In this document: piece by piece, positions 1 through 9,759 of the stretch
How the letters are laid out: every line of letters begins with the position of its first letter
How positions within the stretch are numbered: the first letter of the stretch is position 1
Source: Thermoflexus hugenholtzii JAD2
GTDB taxonomy: Bacteria; Chloroflexota; UBA11872; UBA12225
NCBI GenBank assembly: GCA_945907765.1
Contig: CAMDTO010000002.1
Coordinates: forward strand, 3,455 to 67,454
Length of the DNA stretch: 64,000 nt
Direction: 5' to 3'
The notes under the pieces: model-generated
What the model was told of the DNA's origin: nothing
The model's database searches: none
What the model saw: only the letters and a program-made list of their open reading frames with translations
Position numbers and translations under genes: made by a program

Positions 1-370
1 AGAAGCCACAGAAGATGCAACGGATCATGTTCACGATGTAGGTCTTGGCGTAACGTTCCCCGATTGACACTGGTGCGTCTGGCGGATTCTCGGCACCTTC
101 GACAAAGATTGCCTTCGAGGGGCAGGCGAGTGCACACAATTCGCACCCGACACACTTCTCCAAGCCGTTGTCATGGCGCTCAAGCTCGTGGCGTCCCCGA
201 TGGCGTGCCGAGATTCGGGGCCGTTCCTCCGGATACTGGATCGTTACGGGCTTCTGGAACATATATCCCAGCGTCACACCTAGGCCGCGCGCGAGTGCTG
301 TGACATCAGCCATCGCCCCGGACAGCGCGTTCGCCGGCGGGGGCGGAGACTTCACTTCCACAAACGCCAC
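1..370 (-). CDS. nuoI: NADH-quinone oxidoreductase subunit I, partial (3' end runs off the window start)
   Basis: Not in the ORF track because there is no stop in the window. My reverse-complement translation from GTG at 370 (GAGGAGAG Shine-Dalgarno 5 nt upstream; alternative ATG at 313) reads ..[63 protein letters not shown]. These are 4Fe-4S ferredoxin CxxCxxCxxxCP motifs. It lies directly downstream of nuoH. Confidence 0.85.
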   Translation of the reverse strand, partial: MAFVEVKSPPPPANALSGAMADVTALARGLGVTLGYMFQKPVTIQYPEERPRISARHRGRHELERHDNGLEKCVGCELCALACPSKAIFVEGAENPPDAPVSIGERYAKTYIVNMIRCIFCGF

Positions 371-475
371 GGTTTCTCTCCTCTCGAATCACGACACTCC
401 CATCAGCAACCTCGATTAACCATCCGGTCAAGGAACGAGGTGCGTCCCCACCGACCTGCTTTCAGTCCATTCCCA

Positions 476-1579
476 CTATTGCGCGAATGGCCAAACCCCC
501 AACGGCCAAAGTGCCACTACAGCCGAAGTCAGCAGGAGGTTCACCAGCGCAATCGGCAACAGGACCTTCCAACCGAGTGCCATCAGCCGGTCGAAACGCA
601 GACGCGGAAACGTCGCACGCAACCAGATGAACATGAACATGAAAGCGCCGATCTTGATGAGAAAGACGATCGGTCCGAGGCCTTGGATCAAACCTGGGGC
701 ATCCGTCGGGATTGGCCACCAACCACCAAGGAAGAGGACCGTGGCCAATGCCGAGATGTTGATCATGTTCACGTACTCGGCCATGAAGAACATCGACCAC
801 TTGAACCCCGAGTACTCTGTATGGAACCCGGCACCCAACTCCCCTTCGGCCTCAGCCATGTCGAATGGTGAACGGTTCGTCTCGGCAACACCGGCAATCA
901 CGTAGATCACGAATGCGATCAGCCCGAACGGCAGGTATAGGGCATACGGCAAACCGCTGGAAACTTGCTGGTTCACGATCTCGTACAGGTTCAATGAACC
1001 TGCGAGCACCAAGGCAGTCATTGCCGCCAGACCCTGGGCAAGTTCGTAGCTGATCACCTGAGCGGAAGCCCGGAGCCCACCCAGAAGGGCGTACTTACTG
1101 TTCGACGCCCAACCGGCAAGAACCAAGCCATATACGCCAACCGAAGCAATCGCGGTCGCGTAAAGGTAGCCGACGTTGATTTTCGCAACGTACCAGGTCC
1201 ACGGCTGTCCGAGGATCCGCATCTCCGGGCCAAGCGGAATGACCGCAAAAATGATCAGAGCCGGAATGAGCGCCATCATCGGCGCAAGCATATGGACCCA
1301 GAAGTTCGCCTGTCTCGGCGTGACGTCTTCCTTGAACGCAAGCTTGATCCCATCCGCAATTGGTTGCAGCAACCCGAAAGGGCCGACCCGGTTCGGGCCG
1401 AACCGCGCCTGCATCCGGCCGAGAACCTTGCGTTCAGTCAAGGTCATGTACGCGAACGCAAGTAGGAGTCCGTTCACGATGACGAACGCTTTGATCAGTG
1501 CGGTAATGACGGCCAGGATGATGTCCCAGGTTGCGACGTCGAGGCCAAATAATCCGTCCATTATCGTTTCATCGGGCAT
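476..1579 (-). CDS. nuoH: NADH-quinone oxidoreductase subunit H
   Basis: 367-aa polytopic membrane protein. Contains TLTERKVLGRMQARFGPNRVGPFGLLQPIADGIKL and AETNRSPFDMAEAEGELGAGFHTEYSG, both hallmark NuoH/ND1 motifs. Confidence 0.95.
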   Translation of the reverse strand: MPDETIMDGLFGLDVATWDIILAVITALIKAFVIVNGLLLAFAYMTLTERKVLGRMQARFGPNRVGPFGLLQPIADGIKLAFKEDVTPRQANFWVHMLAPMMALIPALIIFAVIPLGPEMRILGQPWTWYVAKINVGYLYATAIASVGVYGLVLAGWASNSKYALLGGLRASAQVISYELAQGLAAMTALVLAGSLNLYEIVNQQVSSGLPYALYLPFGLIAFVIYVIAGVAETNRSPFDMAEAEGELGAGFHTEYSGFKWSMFFMAEYVNMINISALATVLFLGGWWPIPTDAPGLIQGLGPIVFLIKIGAFMFMFIWLRATFPRLRFDRLMALGWKVLLPIALVNLLLTSAVVALWPLGVWPFAQ

Positions 1580-1733
1580 GTGAGAGGGTGGCGTTGCCAG
1601 CGAGGATGCCCCAGCGTACCGGCAAAAACCGGCCGCACCACTGCACCGGTCGACGGCCTGCTGCGTCGGTCAGGATACCCCGCCTCGACGGACGTGCCGC
1701 TCTTCAAATCGTTCCGAGGGTCGGTCTGCGCCA

Positions 1734-4298
1734 TCAACGTCCGCCTATCAAGGCAGTCTCCTGAACCGGAGCTAGTGACACGACCGTGAATGCAACACCG
1801 TGGCGTACCACCGCATTGATCCGCGGCGATCCCAAGTTGTCGGGGGCGAAGCACACACCAGCAGGAACACGGCCATTGACCCGCAATACTCGCTCGACCG
1901 CGCCACCCGGACCTTGCACCTCGACATTCGTCCCATCCACAAGTCCGAGCCGGGACGCATCATCGCGGTTGATTTCCACGTATGCGTCGGGGACGGTGGT
2001 GAGCAGTTCGGGGGTTTCGGCAACGATGGTCTCATTACCGACGAGTTCGCTCCAAGTAACCAATGTAAGGCCATCACCCGGCTCAAACACCGGTACCAGG
2101 GCTACCGTCGGCCAAGTGTCCGGGTGAACCGCGTCGATGGGTTCGCGGGTAATCGCCCCTTCGCTTCCGGGCAGCTTGCCGCCCAGACTTGCGTACGCGG
2201 GGATATCGGCAAGCAAGTCACGCGTCACCTCTGACGTGGCAACGTAGCCGAGGCCGAGCCCCATCTCCCCTGAAAGGTCGCTCAGGATCCTCCAGTCAGG
2301 GAGCCGGTCCTGTGACGGTCGCACTGCCTGGTAAAGGCGTTGGATACGTCCCTCGATATTCGTCATGGACCCGTCCTTCTCCGCGATGCTGACCGCGGGA
2401 AAGACCACGTCCGCATGGGCCGCCGTCTCGGTCGCAAAGAGTTCGTGAACGACGACGACGTCAGCGGCCTCAAGCGCCTGAAGCGCCTGCGCACGGTCCG
2501 GATGTGTGGCAAGGATGTTCTCACCAACCAGATACAGCGCCTTGATCTCGCCCGATGCGGCGCGCGCGATGATCTCCCCGGCCGGCACTCCGCCAACCCC
2601 AGGGACAAGACCGGCGAACTCGGCGCCACGGCCATTTGCACCTTCAACAAAGAAGTTCACACACTCGGGATGCCCCAGTGCCCGTCCCAGGTTCCCCAGC
2701 GCGGTGCCAAGGGATGGGGCATCCCGACGGATGGCCAACCGTGCACCCGCGTACACCACGGGGTTCTTCGCAGCAGTGAGGGTCGCCGCGACCGCACGTA
2801 TCGTCTCAGGGGACACCCCGGCGTGCCGTGCCGCCACCTCCACCGTGGTTCCACCGATCGCCGCTGACAGTCCTGAAAGGTCGCGTACAGCCCCCTCACT
2901 ATCTACCGGAGGGTTCTCGACAAGCGAGGCGAGGATGCCAGTGACAAGAGCAACCTCGCTCCCTGGCCGATGACGCAGACGCTGGAAGGCAATCCGGTCG
3001 GCCTCTGTTGCCCGTGGGTTTGCAACGATGAGTTTGGCGCCGGCCTTTGCCCCCTTGCGGATACGCAGCCACTGCACGGGAACTTCCTCGTAGACATCAG
3101 TGCCGATCAGGAAAATCGCACCGGCCCGCTCGGCCTGCTCGAGGGTCGTGTTGAAGGCATTCAAGCCAAACGGGGCAAGCGGATTCGCAACTGCCGTTTC
3201 GGCACCGACACGGAAATCGACATTCGGCGTCTCGAGAACTTCTGCAGCAAACCTCGCCAAGGCATACGCGTCCTCATTGGTCAGGTTGCGACCTCCGATG
3301 ACACCGATTGCCGCACCACCGTGCTTCGCCTTGACCGCCTGGAGCAGCACCGCAGCATTCCCATGTGCCTCGGCCCACGTGGAGGCCCGCAAATCACCCC
3401 CATCACCTGCAACCCAAGGTCCAGAAAGCCGGTTTGGCGATGACGTGTAGTGATGGGCGAACCGGCCCTTGTCGCAAATCCAGATTTCGTTGACTGCCTC
3501 GTTCTGGCGGGGCCGCACGCGAGCGACCTCGTTCGAACGCGTATCCAGCATGACATTGCACCCCACCGGGCACTGTCCACACACACTGTCGGCATGGTCT
3601 AGATCCTGCGGGCGCGCCTTAAACCGGTACGTCTCGCTCGTGAGCGCCCCGCACGGACACAGATCAATGATGTTTCCCTGGAAACGCGACTTCATCGGCT
3701 CGTCGCCAATTGTGCGCAACTGCGAGGTGTACCCACGATTGAAGAAGGCCAGTTCACCCTCGCCTGGAACCTCGTCCATGAACCGAGTGCAGCGGTAGCA
3801 GACGATGCAGCGTTCCTGATCAAGCACCACCAAGGGCGAAAGCGCTGCACCCTTTCGCGCCAGACGCTTCTGTTCCTCGAAACGGCTTTCCTTCGGTCCC
3901 CACGCGTGAGAGTTGTCTTGGAGCGGGCATTCACCGCCCGCGTCACACACCGGACAGTCAAGCGGATGATTGATGAGGAGGAACTCAATGACTCCCTCAC
4001 GTGCCTTCAATGCACCAGAGGCCATCGTGTTGATCGTCATCCCGTTTGAAACGCGGGTCGTGCAACTCGTCATCATTGCGGGCGGGCGGGGCGGTTGGCC
4101 GGGAGGTGACGCCATTCCAATCTCACACATGCACATTCTGCATGCGCCCGCGAGCGACAATTTCGGATGGTAACAGAAGACCGGCACGTCCACGCCCGCC
4201 GCCCGGGCGGCTTCCACCGCGAGCGTTCCCGCGGGCACGGTCACTTCGTGGCCGTCAACGGTCAGGGTCACGGTTGCAGGTGGCGGACTTGCGGTCAT
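1734..4298 (-). CDS. nuoG: NADH-quinone oxidoreductase subunit G (854 aa, molybdopterin-oxidoreductase-like)
   Basis: N-terminal 2Fe-2S and 4Fe-4S cysteine clusters (CYHPKLSLAGACRMC, HPLDCPVCDAGGECPLQD, CIVCYRCTRF, CPCGALT), followed by a long molybdopterin-like domain. Lies between nuoF and nuoH. Confidence 0.9.
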   Translation of the reverse strand: MTASPPPATVTLTVDGHEVTVPAGTLAVEAARAAGVDVPVFCYHPKLSLAGACRMCMCEIGMASPPGQPPRPPAMMTSCTTRVSNGMTINTMASGALKAREGVIEFLLINHPLDCPVCDAGGECPLQDNSHAWGPKESRFEEQKRLARKGAALSPLVVLDQERCIVCYRCTRFMDEVPGEGELAFFNRGYTSQLRTIGDEPMKSRFQGNIIDLCPCGALTSETYRFKARPQDLDHADSVCGQCPVGCNVMLDTRSNEVARVRPRQNEAVNEIWICDKGRFAHHYTSSPNRLSGPWVAGDGGDLRASTWAEAHGNAAVLLQAVKAKHGGAAIGVIGGRNLTNEDAYALARFAAEVLETPNVDFRVGAETAVANPLAPFGLNAFNTTLEQAERAGAIFLIGTDVYEEVPVQWLRIRKGAKAGAKLIVANPRATEADRIAFQRLRHRPGSEVALVTGILASLVENPPVDSEGAVRDLSGLSAAIGGTTVEVAARHAGVSPETIRAVAATLTAAKNPVVYAGARLAIRRDAPSLGTALGNLGRALGHPECVNFFVEGANGRGAEFAGLVPGVGGVPAGEIIARAASGEIKALYLVGENILATHPDRAQALQALEAADVVVVHELFATETAAHADVVFPAVSIAEKDGSMTNIEGRIQRLYQAVRPSQDRLPDWRILSDLSGEMGLGLGYVATSEVTRDLLADIPAYASLGGKLPGSEGAITREPIDAVHPDTWPTVALVPVFEPGDGLTLVTWSELVGNETIVAETPELLTTVPDAYVEINRDDASRLGLVDGTNVEVQGPGGAVERVLRVNGRVPAGVCFAPDNLGSPRINAVVRHGVAFTVVSLAPVQETALIGGR

Positions 4299-4416
4299 CG
4301 TTCACGCACTCTCTGTCACATGATGGTCCGGGTGGTCCTCCCGGTCACCGGCAAGCTGAAAAACGAGGTTGCCAAACGTCCAGGATGAAATCGGGTCAGG
4401 AACGCAGTATTCTCGA

Positions 4417-5805
4417 CTAACCAGCTGCAAGCGGGACCCCAGACCCGGCCGCATTTGATCTCGCATGCCCGTTGCAGTACGCCTCGAACTCGGGCCGGAA
4501 AAGCCGCAAAGCCGACGCAACCGAATTGACCGAGAAGTCACCGAGGGCGCACAGGGTCTTGCGTCCACCGATATTTCTCGTCACATCCTCTAGGATGCCT
4601 AGATCGCGCGGACGACCGTGCCCATGCGCAATCCGGCTCAGGACATCCTGCATCCAATGGGTGCCCTCACGGCATGGCACGCACTTTCCGCAACTCTCGC
4701 GGGCAAAGAACCCGGCCGCCCGCGCAACAACCTGCACGATGTCGGTCTCCTCACCATAGACAATGATTCCCCCGGCACCAAAACCCACTGGCCCGAAAGG
4801 CGGATGCCAGTGAGGAGGCCTCGTCAGGGTCGCGGTATCCATCTGGACGTTGAGGTCGGTTCCGGGTAGTAGTTGGCAGGCAAGCGCCCCGGGGCTTACC
4901 GCCTTCACTGTCTGGTTCCGCTTCATGCCACCGGCGTACTTGTAGATGAGGTCGTACAGCGTGGTGCCCATCGGCAGTTCATACACGCCAGGACGATTGA
5001 CATGGCCGGAGATCGTATATAATTTTGGCCCCGGACAAGCCGGGGCACCAATACTTGCGAACCACGCCGCTCCACGAACGAGGATGTGGGGGACACACAT
5101 CAAGGTCTCGACGTTATTGACCACCGTCGGACGTCCAAACAGGCCACCACCAACCTCGATCGGAAAGGGCGGCCGGATTCGCGGTTGCGCGCGACGGCCT
5201 TCAAGGCTCTCCATCAGCGCGGTTTCCTCACCGCACACATACGCCCCAGCCCCACGCGTGACCGAGATATCAACATCGAACCCCTCCTTGCCGAGGATGT
5301 TCCTGCCGATGTACCCAGCTGCGTAGGCTTCCTTGATGGCGTGCTCAAGCACCTCAGCGCCGTATAGGTTCTCGCCCCGGATATAGATGTACGCCTGCTG
5401 TATGCCTACCGCGAAGCAGCAGACAAGCATGCCCTCGATCAGTCCATGCGGGTCCGCGTCGATCGCGTAGCGGTTGCCGTACGTGCCCGGTTCAGACTCG
5501 TCAGCATTGACGACAAGGTGCCGAGGCCCGGGATTTCGCTTCGTGCCACCCCACTTCACCCCGGTCGGAAACCCCGCGCCACCACGTCCCAGTAGCTTGC
5601 TATCACTAATTTCCTTGATGACCGAGACAGGATCCATCTCCTGCACGGCCTTGGCAAGACCCTGATACCCGCCTCGCAACAGATAGTCTGGAAGGAAACG
5701 TCCCCCTTTGCGACCGACAGCGGTCATGAGAACCGGTTCCCACGGCAACGGCTGACCAGCACCATGCTGGATGGGCGCATCAGCGGCGGGTGGCGTCTGG
5801 GTCAT
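4417..5805 (-). CDS. nuoF: NADH-quinone oxidoreductase subunit F (NADH/FMN-binding)
   Basis: GRGGAGFPTGVKW, NADESEPGT, and the ESCGKCVPCREG 4Fe-4S motif. Confidence 0.95.
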   Translation of the reverse strand: MTQTPPAADAPIQHGAGQPLPWEPVLMTAVGRKGGRFLPDYLLRGGYQGLAKAVQEMDPVSVIKEISDSKLLGRGGAGFPTGVKWGGTKRNPGPRHLVVNADESEPGTYGNRYAIDADPHGLIEGMLVCCFAVGIQQAYIYIRGENLYGAEVLEHAIKEAYAAGYIGRNILGKEGFDVDISVTRGAGAYVCGEETALMESLEGRRAQPRIRPPFPIEVGGGLFGRPTVVNNVETLMCVPHILVRGAAWFASIGAPACPGPKLYTISGHVNRPGVYELPMGTTLYDLIYKYAGGMKRNQTVKAVSPGALACQLLPGTDLNVQMDTATLTRPPHWHPPFGPVGFGAGGIIVYGEETDIVQVVARAAGFFARESCGKCVPCREGTHWMQDVLSRIAHGHGRPRDLGILEDVTRNIGGRKTLCALGDFSVNSVASALRLFRPEFEAYCNGHARSNAAGSGVPLAAG

Positions 5806-5926
5806 CGTTCACGCACTCCTTCGATCAGTTGACGGCGGGCACATCCGCGCATCCCCGTGGGCCGGACGTGTGAGATGGAAACCTCGGATCTGCACAACAG
5901 CTCCGTTTGAATGAAACGTCCGCTGC

Positions 5927-6523
5927 TCATGCAGCGGATCCCGGGGCCGGAGGCGCGTGGGCCTCCCAGCCATCAACCGGAACAGCCTGTGGGCCATTCG
6001 CCATCGAAACCGATGCCTTGCCCTGGATCGAGAACGCTTCCATGTTTGCAAGGAAGGCGTCCACATCTGCCTCATGCACCGGGCCGTAGAACCGCAGGTC
6101 CACTTGCACGACTGGAGCGTAGTCGCACGCCGCCAAGCACTCGGTAGCCCTCACACTTACCTTGCCGTCGGACGTCGTCTGCATTCCATGCCCACCGTGA
6201 CCGGAATCAAGTCCAAGTCGGTCGCAAATCCGGGCGTACGTCTGGTCACTGCCATTCAGGAAGCAGGACGGATTCTCGCAAACCTCGATCAACCGGTCAC
6301 CGATTTTCCGGCGGTGAAACATCACGTAGAAACTGGCAACGGACGCCACATCGGTGGCATGAAGGTCGAGCAGTTCACCGACCTCCTCAAAGACCGCCGG
6401 CCCAAGCCATCCGGCCTCCTCCTGCGCGAGCCAGAGCGACGGCATGAGCGCCGCCCGCTTGCTCGGATACCGGGGGATGAACTCGTTGACGATGCGGGCA
6501 CGTGCGGCCTGACTGAGGGACAT
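5927..6523 (-). CDS. nuoE: NADH-quinone oxidoreductase subunit E (2Fe-2S)
   Basis: Thioredoxin-like 2Fe-2S pattern (VCENPSCFLNG ... ECLAACDYAPVVQV). Its start overlaps the nuoD stop by 1 nt (TGATG). Confidence 0.9.
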   Translation of the reverse strand: MSLSQAARARIVNEFIPRYPSKRAALMPSLWLAQEEAGWLGPAVFEEVGELLDLHATDVASVASFYVMFHRRKIGDRLIEVCENPSCFLNGSDQTYARICDRLGLDSGHGGHGMQTTSDGKVSVRATECLAACDYAPVVQVDLRFYGPVHEADVDAFLANMEAFSIQGKASVSMANGPQAVPVDGWEAHAPPAPGSAA

Positions 6524-7731
6524 CAGCGGTCAATCTCCCCGAGGACGATGTCAATGCTCCCGATGCATGCCACAACATCGGCAATGAGGCCACCCGAAAT
6601 TGTATGTTGCAACACCTGTAGGTTGTAGAACGACGGCCCGCGGAATCGCACCCGATGAGGCATGTTGCTGCCGTCACTCATGATGTAGGTCGCCTGCTCA
6701 CCACGCGGGGATTCCACGGCGGCATATGCTTCGCCGGGCAATGGCACCGGCCCTTCCGAAACAAGCTTGAAGTGATGGATCAGGCTCTCCATGCTCGAAT
6801 GGATCTTCTCGCGCTTCGGGAACGTGATCCTTGGGTCATCGAGCCGGATCGCTGCGCCTTTCAGGGCCAATAATCGCTTTGTGCCTTGGTCGATGATGCG
6901 CACCGATTCGCGCATCTCCCGCATCCGGACCATGTACCGGGCGTAGACGTCGCCTTCCTTGCTCCAGGCAACATCGAAGTCATACGTCTCATAGCCGCAG
7001 TAGGGGAGGTTCACCCGCACGTCGAACTCGACACCCGATGCTCGCAGGCACGAGCCACTGAACCCATACTCGAGGGCCCCATCGCGGGTGATGACACCAA
7101 CACCTCGCGTCCGGTCAATGAAAATCGGATTGCGACTGAGCAGGGTCTCATACTCGTCGATCTTGCGTGGCATGACGCGGACGAAGTCCACGACCAGTCC
7201 CGCAAAGTCATCGGGGACATCAGCGACAAGGCCACCAATCCGCATGAAACTGGTCATCATCCGAACACCCGAAATGTTCTCCATGATGTCCAGAACCTGT
7301 TCGCGTTCGCGCCAGCAGTACATGAAGACGGTCATGGCGCCAAGGTCGAGCGCATGGGTACCGAGCCAGATCAGATGGCTGGCAATCCTCGTCAATTCGG
7401 ACAGGATCACCCGCACCACCTGTGCCCGTTCCGGAACCTTGTCGCCGACATCGAACAGTTTCTCGCAAGCCATGATGTACGACAGGTTGTTCGTGATCGG
7501 CGCAAGGTAGTCAATTCGATCTGTCAGGACAAGAGCCTGATGGTAATTGCGCGCCTCGGACATCTTTTCGATGCCCGTATGCAGGTATCCCATATCCGGA
7601 ATGCACTGGGTAACGTTCTCACCCTCAAGTTCCAGCATCAGGCGCAACACCCCGTGGGTCGACGGGTGCTGAGGCCCCATGTTTAGCACCATCCGGCCAG
7701 ATTCAGTACGAGTGTCCTCAAGCATCACCAT
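6523..7731 (-). CDS. nuoD: NADH-quinone oxidoreductase subunit D
   Basis: LNMGPQHPSTHGVLRL, YLHTGIEK, and the C-terminal IGSIDIVLGEIDR motif. Classic NuoD/49-kDa subunit. Confidence 0.95.
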   Translation of the reverse strand: MVMLEDTRTESGRMVLNMGPQHPSTHGVLRLMLELEGENVTQCIPDMGYLHTGIEKMSEARNYHQALVLTDRIDYLAPITNNLSYIMACEKLFDVGDKVPERAQVVRVILSELTRIASHLIWLGTHALDLGAMTVFMYCWREREQVLDIMENISGVRMMTSFMRIGGLVADVPDDFAGLVVDFVRVMPRKIDEYETLLSRNPIFIDRTRGVGVITRDGALEYGFSGSCLRASGVEFDVRVNLPYCGYETYDFDVAWSKEGDVYARYMVRMREMRESVRIIDQGTKRLLALKGAAIRLDDPRITFPKREKIHSSMESLIHHFKLVSEGPVPLPGEAYAAVESPRGEQATYIMSDGSNMPHRVRFRGPSFYNLQVLQHTISGGLIADVVACIGSIDIVLGEIDR

Positions 7732-7761
7732 CGTCGTTGCTCCATGATCGCTCTTGGATTG

Positions 7762-8406
7762 TCAGGCGCCGGCCGACGCCGTACGGTAGAACTCGACCGG
7801 TTCCTCGCCGAGCGGGAAGTCCTTGCGGAGGGGATGACCTTCCCAGTCATTCGGCGTGAGAATGCGTCGCAAGTCAGGATGGTCTGTGAATTCAACGCCG
7901 AACATGTCGTAGATTTCTCGCTCCGGCCAGTTCGCCGCTGACCAGATCAGGGCAATCGACGGAATGACAGGCAACTCGTCCCCGTGAGACGCAACCGCGC
8001 ACTTGACCCGGATGCGCGCATTCGTGGTCATGGAATGCAGGATATACGTGACCTCAAATGGTTCGACGCGGTCGGGCCAATGGCTCCCTCCCACATCAAC
8101 TAACATGTCAAAGCGCGTCGGACACTCGTGACGTAGCCATGAGATTGCCTGTCGGATGTGTTCCGGCAAGACCCGGACCGTCGGCATCTGGTCCGCATAC
8201 CGCCACGACGGAACGAATGAACCCGGAAATCGTTCGATCACCAGGTCTATGTCCGTCGGCGGCGGTGGCGGCGTCTCATCGGAAGCCTCTGTAGCGCCTT
8301 CGGAAGGTGGTTGCTGAACCATCGGTCTGCCTTCTTGCGTAAGCGAAGCGTCTGTCGATTCAAAGAACGTTGAGGTGTCGGGCACGGAGGGCAACAGTGC
8401 AAGCAA
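7762..8406 (-). CDS. nuoC: NADH-quinone oxidoreductase subunit C (start uncertain; an internal ATG at about 8322 is possible)
   Basis: ANWPEREIYDMFGVEFTDHPDLRRILTPNDWEGHPLRKDFPL is the NuoC/30-kDa signature. Confidence 0.9.
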   Translation of the reverse strand: MLALLPSVPDTSTFFESTDASLTQEGRPMVQQPPSEGATEASDETPPPPPTDIDLVIERFPGSFVPSWRYADQMPTVRVLPEHIRQAISWLRHECPTRFDMLVDVGGSHWPDRVEPFEVTYILHSMTTNARIRVKCAVASHGDELPVIPSIALIWSAANWPEREIYDMFGVEFTDHPDLRRILTPNDWEGHPLRKDFPLGEEPVEFYRTASAGA

Positions 8407-8451
8407 AGGCGTATCACGAAGGCGGGTGCAAGCCTACCGTCCGCATTCTCG

Positions 8452-9039
8452 CTACGCCTTCAACGTCACCGGAGCCCGTTCGAATTGCTTGCCGAACTGC
8501 TTGTCGTATTCGATCTTTGCTTGGAGCTTGATAAGTCCGTCGATGACAGCCTCGGGCCTCGGAGGGCACCCAGGGACGTACACATCGACCGGAACGATTC
8601 GGTCAACCCCCTGCACCAGTGCGTAGTTGTTGTACACACCACTACACGACGCACAGGCGCCCATGGACAGCACCCACTTCGGCTCCGGCATCTGGTCGTA
8701 GAGCCGACGCAGCACCGGAGCCATCTTCTTGGAAAGCCGCCCGGCGACGATCATGAGATCCGATTGACGAGGCGAGGAACGGAATACCTCCGCACCAAAC
8801 CGGGACACGTCATGCTTTGCGGCACTCATGGCCATCATCTCAATGGCACAGCATGCGAGGCCGAAGAGCATAGGCCAGATTGAATTGGCACGAGCCCAGC
8901 CAACCGCCCGATCGACCGTGGTGAGGGCCACGCCCGACGCACCACTGAACCCACCGGCATCCAGTGCCTGAGGACGAACGGCCCCGGGCTGTTCAAGAGA
9001 ATCCGACGCACGCATCCAGCGACTGAACGGAACCGTCAT
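8452..9039 (-). CDS. nuoB: NADH-quinone oxidoreductase subunit B
   Basis: [29 protein letters not shown] and [13 protein letters not shown] motifs. I trimmed the track ORF (8452..9180) to the ATG at 9039, which overlaps the nuoA stop as ATGA. Confidence 0.9.
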   Translation of the reverse strand: MTVPFSRWMRASDSLEQPGAVRPQALDAGGFSGASGVALTTVDRAVGWARANSIWPMLFGLACCAIEMMAMSAAKHDVSRFGAEVFRSSPRQSDLMIVAGRLSKKMAPVLRRLYDQMPEPKWVLSMGACASCSGVYNNYALVQGVDRIVPVDVYVPGCPPRPEAVIDGLIKLQAKIEYDKQFGKQFERAPVTLKA

Positions 9040-9416
9040 GCTTCCCACTCCAACGCGCGCTTCTTCCAGATATAGACGTAGCCAAGCATCAGGAATCCGG
9101 CGAACACCGCCATCTCCCCGAGGGCAAACAGAACGTAATCGGTGCCTCCAACCCGGAGGTGGCGCAGAATGACCATCCACGGCACGAAGAAGATCACTTC
9201 AACGTCGAACAGGACGAACAGCATCGCCGTGAGGAAGAACTTGATAGGGAACCGTCGCCACGCCTGGCCGACTGGCGTCATCCCACACTCGTAGGGAGCG
9301 AGTTTCGCTGCCGTCGGACGCTTGGATCCGACAAAGTTCGAAATAACGATTACCCCAATCGCGATCGCGAACGCCACCAAGATCTGAATCAGGATTGGCA
9401 CATAATCGAAGGCCAC
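9036..9416 (-). CDS. nuoA: NADH-quinone oxidoreductase subunit A
   Basis: Three-TM protein with the KLAPYECGM motif. I prefer the GTG at 9416, preceded by GGAGGGAG, over the track start at 9473. Confidence 0.85.
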   Translation of the reverse strand: MAFDYVPILIQILVAFAIAIGVIVISNFVGSKRPTAAKLAPYECGMTPVGQAWRRFPIKFFLTAMLFVLFDVEVIFFVPWMVILRHLRVGGTDYVLFALGEMAVFAGFLMLGYVYIWKKRALEWEA

Positions 9417-9575
9417 CCTGGTGTTCTCCCTCCGGACTTCAGCCAGGACCTGGCAGGGAACTTCCCACCACATCGCGCCGCCGTCATGTCAACGCCCCGG
9501 ACCTGCAGTGCAGCCGATTGCGTGAGAGCGATGCTAGCGACGCGGTTGGTCACCCGTCAACCCGGACCGTTGACC

Positions 9576-9597
9576 CTTTGTGCAGTTCTTCACAAAG
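9576..9597. promoter_or_regulatory. Rex-operator-like inverted repeat in the nuoA upstream region
   Basis: CTTTGTG-N8-CACAAAG is a perfect inverted repeat. Its core, TTGTGCA-GTTC-TTCACAA (9578-9595), compares with the Rex consensus TTGTGAA-N4-TTCACAA. It lies about 160 bp upstream of both divergent genes. Confidence 0.45.
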
Positions 9598-9759
9598 TCT
9601 ACCGCTTCCAACCCCGGCGAGTCTTACTCACCTGTCCCGTCGCAACTCCACTCGGCGGAGGCGCAGTCTCGCGCAACTCCCGAAACGTGACCACAGCCAG
9701 TTGCACGCGTGAGGAGGTTACACTCGGATCAGGTTCGTCAAGATAGAGGATTGCCCCCG

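Noticed and set aside
6886-7686. 266-aa plus-strand ORF, plus several others, lying entirely inside nuoD on the opposite strand.
   Set aside because: It is antisense to a gene with unmistakable NuoD motifs. The translation is His/Arg/Asp-rich with no motif. This is a typical stop-codon-poor antisense frame in G+C-rich DNA.
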